Assembly: GCA_963701965.1 (NCBI GenBank)
Contig: OY969695.1
Coordinates: 512,001-576,000, forward strand
Direction of reading: 5' to 3'
Length of the DNA stretch: 64,000 bases
DNA from: an uncultured Gemmatimonadales bacterium
GTDB lineage: Bacteria; Gemmatimonadota; Gemmatimonadetes; Gemmatimonadales; Gemmatimonadaceae
The notes under the pieces were generated by a model that searched no databases, was not told where the DNA came from, and saw nothing but the letters and a program-made list of their open reading frames with translations. The translations under genes and the position numbers were made by a program. Shown here piece by piece: positions 43,146 through 53,301 of this stretch; position 1 is the stretch's first letter, and each line of letters opens with the position of its first letter.

Positions 43146-44485
43146 GGGAGGGCGAACTTCGTGCGTCGGACGAACTGCAGGCGGACGTGCGGCCGCTTCG
43201 AGGTGTCCGCCGCGGACGACGACCAGTAGCTCGTTTCCAACGTCGTCGCCCCCTCGCTCAGGATCCGCAGCACCAGCGCGCGCGTATTGAGCGTGTCCGA
43301 CACGTTCTGCCATTGCTTGGCGGCGTTGACGAAATCGAACGCCGCGACCTTGGCCGCGCTCGTCGGCACGTCCTTGACCGAGTCGAGTCCGTAGAGCGAG
43401 CTACTGACGGCGAAGTTCGCGGCGGCCGCGGGATCCATGACTTTGGACGACGACACGACCGGCTGGGGATAGATCACGGCCGTGTCCCCCGGCAGCTGCG
43501 GCGGCAGAGGGCGCGGCGTCAGCAGGAGCGTGGCCCGCACGATGTTGGCCGAATCGACGATGCGGGAGGGCAGCCGGAACTGCAGATACACCCGCCGGGC
43601 CGGCGCGCCACCGATGTTGAGTGCATCGGTGGAGTCGGTGATGGCCCCTTGCACGAAGAGCGGATAGTGAATGAGGCGCGCCAGAAGCCCGGAGTCGGCG
43701 ACTGGGGTCGCGGAGCGCGGCGTCACCGACACCCGCCCGAACGTCGTGTCCTTGGTACTGCTGTCGCTCGTGAAGAACCGCACGAAGGGCAGCGTCACCG
43801 CGTAATTGATGGTCAGGCGAACGCCGTCCGTGGGACTGGAGGCGACGACGGCCTGAAATCCCAAGCGCAGATTGCGACGGCTCGACTTGAGCACCTGGTG
43901 CACGATGCCGGTGTCCAAGGGGACCAGCATCGTGTCTAGGGTCCGTGCGCCCGCGGTGTCGCCGAGCAACGACGCCGCGATGGGACGCGAGGAACCAATG
44001 AGCCGATCGTTGCGGAACAGGGGCGTCAGCGAGGAGACGACGGTATCGGTGCCCGCCGAGTCGATACTGAAGATGCGGAGCTGCACCAGATCGGCGCCGC
44101 GGGTGGCCCGCACGCTGGGAGCATCGATCAGGAACCACACCGCCGCATTCCGGACGGTGTCGACCGTGAACGACGAATCATTCCCGGAGGGCGCCTTACG
44201 TGAGTAGAAATTCTGGACGGAATCGAACCGAATGACCCCGCGCACGTCCGCACGCCCGGGGATATTCGCGACCAGCAGGGTCAATTCCTCGCCCAGCAGC
44301 GGATAGCTGGCGACGGTCGTATCGAGCAACACATTGTCGCGGTCGACACGGAACGTCGTATCAGTCACCTGCAGATCCTGCCCCGGACAGAGCGCCGGGC
44401 AGGCGGCCCCTCCGTTGAGGTGCTCGCTGCAGGCACCGGCCACCGCCGCTACGGCGACGATGCATATGATCGCGATATGCTTCAT
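43142..44485 (-). CDS. Hypothetical lipoprotein
   Basis: Lipobox AGAC, CPALCP and a beta-rich body; overlaps the barrel gene start by 4 nt. Confidence 0.7.
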   Translation of the reverse strand: MKHIAIICIVAVAAVAGACSEHLNGGAACPALCPGQDLQVTDTTFRVDRDNVLLDTTVASYPLLGEELTLLVANIPGRADVRGVIRFDSVQNFYSRKAPSGNDSSFTVDTVRNAAVWFLIDAPSVRATRGADLVQLRIFSIDSAGTDTVVSSLTPLFRNDRLIGSSRPIAASLLGDTAGARTLDTMLVPLDTGIVHQVLKSSRRNLRLGFQAVVASSPTDGVRLTINYAVTLPFVRFFTSDSSTKDTTFGRVSVTPRSATPVADSGLLARLIHYPLFVQGAITDSTDALNIGGAPARRVYLQFRLPSRIVDSANIVRATLLLTPRPLPPQLPGDTAVIYPQPVVSSSKVMDPAAAANFAVSSSLYGLDSVKDVPTSAAKVAAFDFVNAAKQWQNVSDTLNTRALVLRILSEGATTLETSYWSSSAADTSKRPHVRLQFVRRTKFALP

Positions 44486-44491
44486 GTCTGA

Positions 44492-44902
44492 CTATGTCGG
44501 CCCATTCATTGACGACGGCAAGAATGCGTTGGGGATGAGGTCGGTCAAGCGCCAGCGGAGCTCGAGCCCGCCCGCGATGCTGATAATCTCGGCCCTGGGC
44601 GCCAGTTCAACCAGCACCTGCCGGCACGCCCCACACGGCGGAGTGGGCGTCTCGGCGCTGGACACGATAGCCAACAGCACGAAATCACGCAGCCCCGCGC
44701 TGACAGCGGCCATGACCGCGCCGCGTTCGGCGCACAGCGTAGAACCGTAAGCGGCATTCTCGACGTTGCATCCGACAGCAATCGCCCCATGGGCATCGCA
44801 AAGCGCTGCCCCGACACGAAAATGGGAATAGGGTGCGTAGGCCCGCTCTCTGGCCTGTCGCGCGGCCGCGATGACGCGTTGTTCCAACTCAGGCGTCACC
44901 AC
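44492..44902 (-). CDS. cdd: Cytidine deaminase
   Basis: AYAPYSHFRVGAA, NVENAAY, CAER and PCGACRQ. Confidence 0.93.
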   Translation of the reverse strand: MVTPELEQRVIAAARQARERAYAPYSHFRVGAALCDAHGAIAVGCNVENAAYGSTLCAERGAVMAAVSAGLRDFVLLAIVSSAETPTPPCGACRQVLVELAPRAEIISIAGGLELRWRLTDLIPNAFLPSSMNGPT

Positions 44903-45971
44903 TACCCCACCCGGAGCCCGATGTGCCGACGTAGACGCGAGGCGCGCGGAGCTGGAGCCCGACCAGGAGCTCATACGGCGAGATCCCTCCGGCGGCAGCC
45001 ACGGTCACGGCGTCCAGCGCGCGGTCATCCGCCCGTCCCAGCAATGTCGCGGTATCGCCGACGCGGCAGGGACGCCCCGTGACATCGATCATCGTCATGT
45101 CCATGGTGACCGTCCCCACGACGGGAGCCAGGTGACCGTTGAGGATGACGTGTCCCCGGTTGCCGAAGGACCGACAATACCCGTCGCCGTAGCCAATGGC
45201 GAGCGTGGCGATGTGGCGCCGGTCCGGGGCGCGCCAGGTGGCGCCATAGCCGACCGACTCACCGGCCGCCACATCGCGAACTTCGACGACCGCGGCGCGG
45301 ACGCTCGCTACGGGCTCGGGCCGCGCCGGAGTCGTCCCAACTCCGTAGAGAAACACACCAGGGCGCACCAGGTCCCAAGCTGACGGTCCAGCCAACCGCT
45401 CGATCGCCGCACTGTTCTCCGTGTGGACCAGCGGCGGTCGCGCGGGCAAAGCCCCGAGGGCTGCCGTGAACCGCGCGAGCTGCGTCTCGCGCGACCCATC
45501 GTCCAGGTCGGCCGAGTGAAAGTGGGTAAACGCTCCCTCGGGCGGTGACGCGAGGAGCGCGTCGCGGAGCGCGCCAACGGCCTCCCACGGCACGCCAGCG
45601 CGATGCATCCCGGTATCGATCGCGAGATGCCATGGCCTACCGGTCGCCGCCCACGCGGCGATGACCGCCGGATCGCCGAGCGCCGGACGGAGATCGGCTT
45701 GGGCGGTCGCATAGAGCTCCGACAGCAGGGGCGGCGTGAAGACGACCACCGGACGCCTGATGCCGGCGGCGCGCAGGGCCGACCCCTCGGCCACGGTCGC
45801 CACACCAAAACCCCACGGATCGAGCGCCTCCAACGCGCGGGTGACGGGCACCAGGCCAAGCCCGTAGGCATCGGCTTTCACCATCGGCAAAAGCGGCACC
45901 CGGGCCCGCGCGGCGACCGTGCGGGCGTTGCGGGCGAGGGCGCCCAGATCGACTTCGATCCAGGCGCGCAT
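44889..45971 (-). CDS. alr: Alanine racemase
   Basis: VKADAYG, DTGMHR, VRPG, GYGDG and VTMDM. Confidence 0.93.
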   Translation of the reverse strand: MRAWIEVDLGALARNARTVAARARVPLLPMVKADAYGLGLVPVTRALEALDPWGFGVATVAEGSALRAAGIRRPVVVFTPPLLSELYATAQADLRPALGDPAVIAAWAATGRPWHLAIDTGMHRAGVPWEAVGALRDALLASPPEGAFTHFHSADLDDGSRETQLARFTAALGALPARPPLVHTENSAAIERLAGPSAWDLVRPGVFLYGVGTTPARPEPVASVRAAVVEVRDVAAGESVGYGATWRAPDRRHIATLAIGYGDGYCRSFGNRGHVILNGHLAPVVGTVTMDMTMIDVTGRPCRVGDTATLLGRADDRALDAVTVAAAGGISPYELLVGLQLRAPRVYVGTSGSGWGSGDA

Positions 45972-45984
45972 TAGGATTCACCAA

Positions 45985-46740
45985 ATGACACAAAGTAAAG
46001 CATCACTTGAAGATACGCTTGCTCTGATGCGCGATCTGCGCGTGCGCTGCGACTGGGATGCCGCGCAGACCCACCACTCGCTGCGCCCATATCTGATCGA
46101 GGAATCCCACGAGGTCGACGACGCCCTCCGGCGCGAGGACGACCGGGCGCTCGAGGAGGAGTTGGGGGATCTCCTGCTCCAGATCCTCTTTCACTCGGTG
46201 ATGGCCGAGGAGCGCGGGGCGTTCGACTTCCATGACGTGGCCGGTGGCCTCGTCGCGAAGATGCGGGCGCGCCATCCCCATCTGTATGCCGGCGGCGCCA
46301 AAGAGCCGTGGGAAAAGATGAAAGCGAAGAAGCGGGCGTCGCTGGGCGAGGGCTTGCCGTCGTCGCTGCCGGCGCTGCATCGCGCCCACCGGCTGCAGGA
46401 CCGCGCCGCGGGCGTCGGATTCGATTGGCCGGACGCCAGTGGACCGGCGGCCAAGGTCACCGAAGAGTTGGACGAGGTGCGCGCGGAGCTGGCGGCGCCG
46501 GGACCGCACGCGCACGAGCGGCTCGAGGATGAGTTGGGAGACCTGCTGTTCGCTTGCGTCAATCTGTGCCGCAAGGCCGGCGTTCACGCGTCTCTCGCTC
46601 TCGACCGCGCCAACGCGAAGTTCGAGCGGCGATTCCAGGACGCCGAGCGACTGGCCGCGGAACGCGGCAGGCGATTGGCCGACGCGTCGCCGGCGGAGCT
46701 GGATGCGCTGTGGGAGGAGGTCAAGCGGGTCACGGCGTGA
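45985..46740 (+). CDS. mazG: Nucleoside triphosphate pyrophosphohydrolase MazG
   Basis: CDWDAAQTH.SL, EELGDLL, RHPH, GFDW and ELGDLLF. Confidence 0.93.
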   Translation: MTQSKASLEDTLALMRDLRVRCDWDAAQTHHSLRPYLIEESHEVDDALRREDDRALEEELGDLLLQILFHSVMAEERGAFDFHDVAGGLVAKMRARHPHLYAGGAKEPWEKMKAKKRASLGEGLPSSLPALHRAHRLQDRAAGVGFDWPDASGPAAKVTEELDEVRAELAAPGPHAHERLEDELGDLLFACVNLCRKAGVHASLALDRANAKFERRFQDAERLAAERGRRLADASPAELDALWEEVKRVTA

Positions 46741-48031
46741 GCCGTTGCATCATCCGCGCGAAAGGAATCGTCTCGCGGACGTGCGGCAGGCCGCAGATCC
46801 AGGCCACCGTGCGCTCCAGCCCGAGCCCGAAGCCCGCGTGGGGGAACGTCCCGTACCGCCGGAGATCGAGGTACCACCCATAGGCATCGATCGGTAGGCC
46901 TTCCTCCCGGATCCGGCCCGCCAGCTTCTCGTAGTCGTCTTCGCGCTGCGAACCCCCGATGATCTCCCCATACCCTTCGGGCGCCAGACAATCGTCGCAC
47001 AGCACGGTGCGCGGATCGTCCGGATTTTCCTTCATGTAGAAGGCTTTCGCCTCTTTCGGGTAGTTGTAGATGAAGACCGGCCGGTCGTAGCCCTCGACCA
47101 ACAGCGACTCGTCTTCAGCGCCCAAGTCATCGCCCCATCGCACCGTGCTGCCCTTGCGGTGCAGGATGTCGACGGCTTCGGTGTAGCTGATACGGGGGAA
47201 CGGCGCGGTCACGTTGGCGAGGAGACTGGTGTCCCGCTCCAGCTCCGCGAGGTGCGTGGCGCACCGATCGAGACAGCGGGCAACGACGGACGACAGCAGA
47301 TCTTCCTGGAGCGTCATGTTGTCGTTCGAGTCGTTGAACGCGACCTCGGGCTCGATCATCCAGAACTCGGCGAGATGCCGCCGCGTCTTGGACTTCTCGG
47401 CCCGGAAGGTTGGGCCGAACGTGTAGATGCGCCCCAGTGCCGCCGCCGCTGCCTCGCCGTACAACTGGCCGGTCTGGGCCAGGTAGGCATTGCCCAGATC
47501 GAAATACTCGGTGGAGAAAAGCCCGCTGCGCTCCCCGATGGCCGCCGTCAAGATCGGCGTATCGACGCGCACGAAGTCCCGCGCATAGAAGAAATCGTGG
47601 ATCGCCTGCTCGATCTCGCTCCGAATGCGAAGGATCGCCGCCTGGCGCGGACTCCGGAGCCAGAGGTGCCGGTGGTCCAACAGGAAATCGACGCCGTGCT
47701 CCTTGGGCTGGATCGGATAGTCGATGGGGCTCTCTCCGATGATACGGAGATCGGCCACGGTCAACTCATACCCCCCGGGCGCCCGGGGCTCGGCGCGGAC
47801 CGATCCCTCGACGACGAGGCTCGTCTCCAGCGTCAGCCCGGCGAATCGCTCCCAAACGGCCGCATCGACCTGGGGTTTGGCGATGACCGCCTGCACGACA
47901 CCCGTGCCATCGCGCATGACGACAAAAGCGACCTTCCCCGACGAACGAACATGTGTCGTCCATCCCCGCACGGTGACGGTGGAACCGACGTGGTCTCGAA
48001 GCTCCGAGATGCGGACCAAAACAGTTGCCAT
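46730..48031 (-). CDS. asnS: Asparagine--tRNA ligase
   Basis: RDGTG, RHLWLRS, FRAEKSKTRRHL.EFWM, GEIIGGSQRE and GFGLGLER. Confidence 0.93.
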   Translation of the reverse strand: MATVLVRISELRDHVGSTVTVRGWTTHVRSSGKVAFVVMRDGTGVVQAVIAKPQVDAAVWERFAGLTLETSLVVEGSVRAEPRAPGGYELTVADLRIIGESPIDYPIQPKEHGVDFLLDHRHLWLRSPRQAAILRIRSEIEQAIHDFFYARDFVRVDTPILTAAIGERSGLFSTEYFDLGNAYLAQTGQLYGEAAAAALGRIYTFGPTFRAEKSKTRRHLAEFWMIEPEVAFNDSNDNMTLQEDLLSSVVARCLDRCATHLAELERDTSLLANVTAPFPRISYTEAVDILHRKGSTVRWGDDLGAEDESLLVEGYDRPVFIYNYPKEAKAFYMKENPDDPRTVLCDDCLAPEGYGEIIGGSQREDDYEKLAGRIREEGLPIDAYGWYLDLRRYGTFPHAGFGLGLERTVAWICGLPHVRETIPFARMMQRLTP

Positions 48032-48110
48032 TGTTGGAGTTGACAAACGACAAGTTGCGGCGCGCAAACTACGCCTCACGCCAGCGGGTTGCAACGGTTA
48101 AGCTTCGGGC

Positions 48111-49649
48111 ATGACGCTCCGCGCCCGGCTCCTCTTGGGCATTCTAGCGATTGCGTTCGTTCTCGTCATCCCGCTCATCGTCGCGCTGCGCTCGCTGGAA
48201 GGACTGCACGAGCACGCTGCGCAAATGCGCGATTACGAGTTCGCCGCATCCCTGCTCCTGGGGCGCATTCGCGTCAACACCGATGATCTCCGCCGCGCCG
48301 AAGATGCGCTGTTGTTCGTGCACGATGCGGCGAGCCGCGATCGCATGTCCCACGAAGTGGCCTCGCTCCGATCGCGCGCCGATTCGCTGGAACGGTACGC
48401 CTTGGACAGCGCCGCCGAGAATGCGCGCATCGCCGTCGCCGAGGTGACACACCTCGCGCCCGAAGAGTACCGCGCCGCGCTCGCCGGCCACACGAAACTG
48501 GCCGACAGTCTCTCGGCCCACGGCATCCGGCCCGCCATCGCGCGCCTCGAAGCGTCGACGGCCGTCGCCGAGCGCTCCCTCCGCGATCGCACACGCAGCC
48601 GCGTCGAGTCGGCGGCATCGGACGCCGAGCAAGCGCGCCGCGTGGCCATCAGCCTGCTCGGGTTCGCGGCGATCCTCGGCGCGGTCATGGCCCTGTGGCT
48701 CACCCGCTCCGTGAGCGGACCGGTGCGCGACCTGGAGACCGGCATGGAAGCGGTGGCCGGCGGCGAGTTCTCGTATCGTTTGTCGATCGCGCCCAGCCGG
48801 CGCGACGAGTTCGGACGGCTGTCGGCCAGTTTCTACTCCATGTCGAAGCAGCTCGCGGAGCTGGACAAACTCAAGGCCGAGTTCGTGTCCGTCGCATTGC
48901 ACGAGCTCAAGACGCCGGTCAACGTGCTGCTCGGATACCTGCAGCTCTTGCAGGAAGGCGTCTACGGTGACCTCACCGAGCGCCAGCTCGAAGTGTGCCG
49001 CACGTTGGAGGCCCAGTGCTTGGCGCTCGGGCGAATGGTCAAGCAGCTGCTGGACGTGAGCCGGTTCGAGGCCGGCGGCGGGAAGCTGGAAGTGCGGCGG
49101 TTCGCGCTGGGGCCATTCCTGGACGAGCTGGAGACGGCGTTCCAGGTGTTGGCGCTGCAGCGGGGCGTGGAGTTCCAGATCGTGCGCGGTGCGTCGTTGC
49201 CCGACGGCGTGTTGTGGGACCCCGATCGCATCAACGAGGTGCTCGGGAACCTGCTGTCGAACGCGTTCAAGTTCACCCCACGCGGTGGGCGCGTGGAGTT
49301 GGCGCTCGACGCCCAGCGGGAGACGACCCGGGGTGAGATGATCCGTATGATCGTTCGCGATACGGGCGCCGGTATTCCCCCTGACCAACTGCCGCGCATA
49401 TTCGATAAGTTCTATCAGGCCGACAACCAGGGTTCGGCCGACGCGGAGGGTACGGGTTTGGGACTGGCCATCGCCAAGGGCATCGTCGAGGCGCACAGCG
49501 GGACGATCAGCGTCGATAGCACGCCGGGCGTGGGCACGACGTTCACGATCGATCTGCCGATCGCGTTCCCGCTCGCCGCGCGACGCCATCGGATCGAGCC
49601 CACGACGGCCGACGACCCGGAGACCGTGCTCTCGCGCGCGCTGTCGTGA
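48111..49649 (+). CDS. Membrane sensor histidine kinase (periplasmic domain, HAMP, HisKA, HATPase)
   Basis: Two TM helices, DEFGRL, HELKTP, NLLSNAFKF, DTGAG and GTGLGL. Confidence 0.92.
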   Translation: MTLRARLLLGILAIAFVLVIPLIVALRSLEGLHEHAAQMRDYEFAASLLLGRIRVNTDDLRRAEDALLFVHDAASRDRMSHEVASLRSRADSLERYALDSAAENARIAVAEVTHLAPEEYRAALAGHTKLADSLSAHGIRPAIARLEASTAVAERSLRDRTRSRVESAASDAEQARRVAISLLGFAAILGAVMALWLTRSVSGPVRDLETGMEAVAGGEFSYRLSIAPSRRDEFGRLSASFYSMSKQLAELDKLKAEFVSVALHELKTPVNVLLGYLQLLQEGVYGDLTERQLEVCRTLEAQCLALGRMVKQLLDVSRFEAGGGKLEVRRFALGPFLDELETAFQVLALQRGVEFQIVRGASLPDGVLWDPDRINEVLGNLLSNAFKFTPRGGRVELALDAQRETTRGEMIRMIVRDTGAGIPPDQLPRIFDKFYQADNQGSADAEGTGLGLAIAKGIVEAHSGTISVDSTPGVGTTFTIDLPIAFPLAARRHRIEPTTADDPETVLSRALS

Positions 49650-50278
49650 TCCGATCGTCCGTCGCTGGGCTCTTCCCAGCGGCGCTTGCCCTCGGGGCGG
49701 TCGCCTTCGCCTGCACCGGCCGGTACGGCTACACGAACGCGGACCCCGCCCGCGGCTGGCCGGCCACGCTCGTCGTGGCCGAATCGCTGGCCACGGCCGG
49801 CCAATATGCGTCGGCCGATTCCGTCCTCGCCGCGTTCGGGGCCGACAACGACGGCAATGCGGCCGGCACGGAAAGCCTGTACTGGCGCGCGCTCTTCAAG
49901 CTCGACCCGTCGAATCTGGGCGCCAGTCCGGCGGACGCGCTGCAGGCGCTCGACGCGTATGCGCAGGCGCCGCACAGTGAGCCGCACCTGGCCGAGGTGC
50001 AGGTGCTGCGCCGGACGGCGGTCCTCGTAGGGTCCATCGAACGGCTCGCCGAGCAAGCGGCATCGCAGACCGATTCGGTCAGCGCCGCCGACTCGGCGGC
50101 CAAACGCGCGCGCGCCGCCGGCGATATCCGGGCCAAGTCGAAGGACGAGGAGATCGTGCGCCTCCGGACCGAGCTGGAAAAGGCGCTGGCCGAGCTGGCG
50201 CAAACGAACCAGGAGTTGGACCGCATCAAGAAGCGGCTCGTCGCTCCCAAGTCGGATACCGACCCTACCCCACCCTGA
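49646..50278 (+). CDS. Helical lipoprotein with C-terminal coiled coil (QseG/YfhG-like architecture)
   Basis: Lipobox AFAC, TPR-like ESLYWRALFKLDP.N, coiled coil ..LEKALAELAQTNQELDRIKKRL; GTGA overlap with the kinase. Confidence 0.65.
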   Translation: MIRSSVAGLFPAALALGAVAFACTGRYGYTNADPARGWPATLVVAESLATAGQYASADSVLAAFGADNDGNAAGTESLYWRALFKLDPSNLGASPADALQALDAYAQAPHSEPHLAEVQVLRRTAVLVGSIERLAEQAASQTDSVSAADSAAKRARAAGDIRAKSKDEEIVRLRTELEKALAELAQTNQELDRIKKRLVAPKSDTDPTPP

Positions 50279-52364
50279 ACAGGTCCATCGCCCGGCTATA
50301 GCGCTGCCCGAGCGCGCGGCGCAGGGGCGCATTGACGGTGGATTCGAGATCGGGATCGGCGGCCAGGATCCGTTCCGCGGCCGCCCGCGCCGATTCGTTG
50401 AGGGCCTCGTCGCGCAGTGGATCGGCGATCCGGAACGTCGCCATGCCGCTCTGCTGCTCGCCGAACAAGTCCCCCATCCCCCGCAGCGTGAGGTCGGCGC
50501 GGGCGATCGCGAATCCATCCTCGGTCCCCACGAAGATGTCGAGCCGTGTGGCGGCGTCGGGCGACACGTCGCCGAGCAATACGCAGTACGACGCATCGCC
50601 GCCGCGGCCCACCCGGCCCCGCAGCTGGTGGAGCTGCGAGAGGCCGAACCGTTCCGGATGCTCGATCAACATCACCGTGGCGTTGGGGACGTCGATCCCC
50701 ACCTCGATCACCGTAGTCGCCACCAGGACATCGATCGCGCCATCGCGAAAGGCGCGCATCGTGCGATCGCGCTCGGCGCCGCTCAGCCGGCCGTGCAGCA
50801 GGGCCACGCGCCGCGCCGCGAACGCGCCTCCCGGCGCGGTGAGCGCGGCAAACATCGCCGTTGCCGATTTGAGATCGGTCTTCTCCGACTCCTCGATCAC
50901 CGGATACACGACGTAGGCTTGCCGGCCCCGTCCGATCTCGCGGTCGACGAATTCCAGCACCCGCGCCCGGCCGGACTCGGGGCGGAGCACGGTGGTCACG
51001 GGCTGTCGCCCCGGAGGCCGTTCATCGACCACGCTGACGTCGAGATCTCCGTAGACCGTGAGGGCCAGGGACCGGGGAATCGGCGTGGCGCTCAGGAGCA
51101 GCACGTCGGGACTCTCGCCTTTCGCCGCCAGCGCCTTGCGCTGCTCGACGCCAAACCGGTGCTGCTCGTCGACGATCGCCAGGCCCAGACGGGCGAACTC
51201 CGTCGCTTCCTGCACCAGTGCGTGAGTACCAATGGCCAGTACAGGCTCGGTGCGCGCCAGCCGCTCCGCGGCGGCGCGCCGATCGGCGGCCGACAAGCTA
51301 CCCGTGATCAGGACTGGCGAGAGCGACAGAGGGGCGAGCAAACGCGAGATCGAACCCACGTGCTGTTCGGCCAGGAGCTCGGTCGGCGCCATGAACGCGG
51401 CTTGGAACCCGTTCTCCATGGCCAGCAGCGCCGCGAACAGGGCCACGATGGTCTTGCCGCTGCCCACGTCCCCCTGCACCAACCGATGCATCCGCGTCGG
51501 GCTGCACATGTCGGCCACGATCTCGCGGAGCACGCGCGTCTGCGCGCCGGTGAGCGTGTACGGGAGGGCGCCGCGAAGGGCCAATGTCAGCGCCCGGCGA
51601 TTGGCGAAGACGATGCCGGCGCGCTTGGCGCGGGCCGCGGCATTCGCCCGGCGATGCAGGACCTGTACGAAGAGCAGCTCTTCATACGCCAGCCGGGCCC
51701 GGCCGGCGGCGGCCTCGGCGAGCGTGGCGGGCCGGTGCACCATGCGGATGGCGTCCGGCAACAGCGGGAGATCGACGCCCTCGAGCGCGGACCGCGGAAG
51801 AAATTCGTGCACGTGCGGCAGCAAGGCGTCGAGGTGGCCATCGATCAACGCCCGAATGAGTTTGACGGACAGCCCTTCGGTCGCCGGGTACACGGCGAGG
51901 ACGCGCCCATGCGCTGTCCCCTCCGATTCGTCGCCGAGATTGACGAACTCGCGCGGCTGCAACTGGCGCCCGTGAAAGAACCGCACGGGACCGCTCACCA
52001 ACAACGCGTCGCCCTTGTTGATCTGGCGATCGAGGTACGGCTGACCCGGCCACGAGACCTCGATCATCCCCGTGTCATCGCGGATGACCGCCTGAAAGAT
52101 CCGCAAACCCTTTCGCGTCGGCAGGACGCCTTTCGAGATCACGGTCCCGATCACCGTGGCGTCCATCCCCGGTGCGAGTGACACAATGGGCGAGACGGTG
52201 CTGGCGTCCTCGTAGCGATGGGGAATGTGATAGAGCAGATCGCCGGCGGTCAGGATGTGCAGCCGCCCCAGCGCCTCGGCACGGTGGGGCCCGACGCCCT
52301 TGAGATACGTCACGGGCGTCTCCAGCGTGACCGCCGGCCGCGCACGCGCCGAGGGAACGCTCAT
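50265..52364 (-). CDS. recG: ATP-dependent DNA helicase RecG
   Basis: LKGVGP, QGDVGSGKT, DEQHRFGV, SATPIPRSL and QLHQLRGRVGRG. Confidence 0.95.
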   Translation of the reverse strand: MSVPSARARPAVTLETPVTYLKGVGPHRAEALGRLHILTAGDLLYHIPHRYEDASTVSPIVSLAPGMDATVIGTVISKGVLPTRKGLRIFQAVIRDDTGMIEVSWPGQPYLDRQINKGDALLVSGPVRFFHGRQLQPREFVNLGDESEGTAHGRVLAVYPATEGLSVKLIRALIDGHLDALLPHVHEFLPRSALEGVDLPLLPDAIRMVHRPATLAEAAAGRARLAYEELLFVQVLHRRANAAARAKRAGIVFANRRALTLALRGALPYTLTGAQTRVLREIVADMCSPTRMHRLVQGDVGSGKTIVALFAALLAMENGFQAAFMAPTELLAEQHVGSISRLLAPLSLSPVLITGSLSAADRRAAAERLARTEPVLAIGTHALVQEATEFARLGLAIVDEQHRFGVEQRKALAAKGESPDVLLLSATPIPRSLALTVYGDLDVSVVDERPPGRQPVTTVLRPESGRARVLEFVDREIGRGRQAYVVYPVIEESEKTDLKSATAMFAALTAPGGAFAARRVALLHGRLSGAERDRTMRAFRDGAIDVLVATTVIEVGIDVPNATVMLIEHPERFGLSQLHQLRGRVGRGGDASYCVLLGDVSPDAATRLDIFVGTEDGFAIARADLTLRGMGDLFGEQQSGMATFRIADPLRDEALNESARAAAERILAADPDLESTVNAPLRRALGQRYSRAMDLFRVG

Positions 52365-53296
52365 GCGCCGTCGAGCAGCTCGCGCGCAAACTCGGCCGCG
52401 TCGAACGGCGCGAGATCGTCGACCTGCTCTCCGGTCCCGATGAACTTCACCGGGACGTCGATCGCTTCGTGCACGGCGACGACGATGCCCCCCTTCGCCG
52501 TCCCGTCCACCTTGGTGACGACGAGTCCCGTGACCGGGACCGCGTCGGCGAACGTCCGCGCCTGCACGATCGCGTTCTGTCCGATCGTGCCATCGAGCAC
52601 CAGCAGGGTCTCGTGCGGAGCCCCGGGGCGGCGCTTGCCGATCACGCGGACGACTTTGCGCAGCTCGTCCATCAGGTTCCCGCTCGTGTGCAAACGGCCC
52701 GCGGTGTCGATGATCACGACGTCGGCCTTGGCGCGCGTAGCGGCATCGAGCGCATCGACCGCGACAGCCGCCGGGTCCCGCCCCACCGTCGCGCCGACGA
52801 ACTCGGCCTTCGAGCGCTCCGCCCACACGCGCAACTGATCGATGGCCCCGGCCCGGAACGTGTCGCCGGCGGCCACGACGACGCGCTTGCGGTCGCGCCG
52901 CAGGCGCTCCGCCAGCTTGCCAATGAACGTCGTCTTCCCCGCCCCGTTGACCCCGATCACCAGGATCACGGTGGGGATTTCAGGGGCGAGCACCAGCGAC
53001 GCATCGTGGCGGCCCGTTTCGAGCGCGCGTTCCACGCCCGCGCGAAGCGCGGCGAGAAACTCATCCTGGGTGACGACCTCCCCCCGCCCCGCCAAATGCT
53101 CGACGTCGGCGACGAGCCGCATGGTCGTCGCCACGCCAAGGTCGGCGTCGAGCAGGACTTCCTCCAGTCGCTCCAACGACCCTTGATCGGGTCCGCCCCG
53201 CACGACGACGCCCACGTCGGCGAGCGCGATGTCCTTGATCCGTTGCCACAGCGAGCGCTTGGGCACGTCGCCCGCGCGCTGGAAAATACGTCCCAT
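52361..53296 (-). CDS. ftsY: SRP receptor FtsY (NG domain only)
   Basis: GVNGAGKTT, DTFRAGA, DTAGR, TKVDGTAKGG and GTGE. Confidence 0.95.
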   Translation of the reverse strand: MGRIFQRAGDVPKRSLWQRIKDIALADVGVVVRGGPDQGSLERLEEVLLDADLGVATTMRLVADVEHLAGRGEVVTQDEFLAALRAGVERALETGRHDASLVLAPEIPTVILVIGVNGAGKTTFIGKLAERLRRDRKRVVVAAGDTFRAGAIDQLRVWAERSKAEFVGATVGRDPAAVAVDALDAATRAKADVVIIDTAGRLHTSGNLMDELRKVVRVIGKRRPGAPHETLLVLDGTIGQNAIVQARTFADAVPVTGLVVTKVDGTAKGGIVVAVHEAIDVPVKFIGTGEQVDDLAPFDAAEFARELLDGA

Positions 53297-53301
53297 TCAA
53301 C

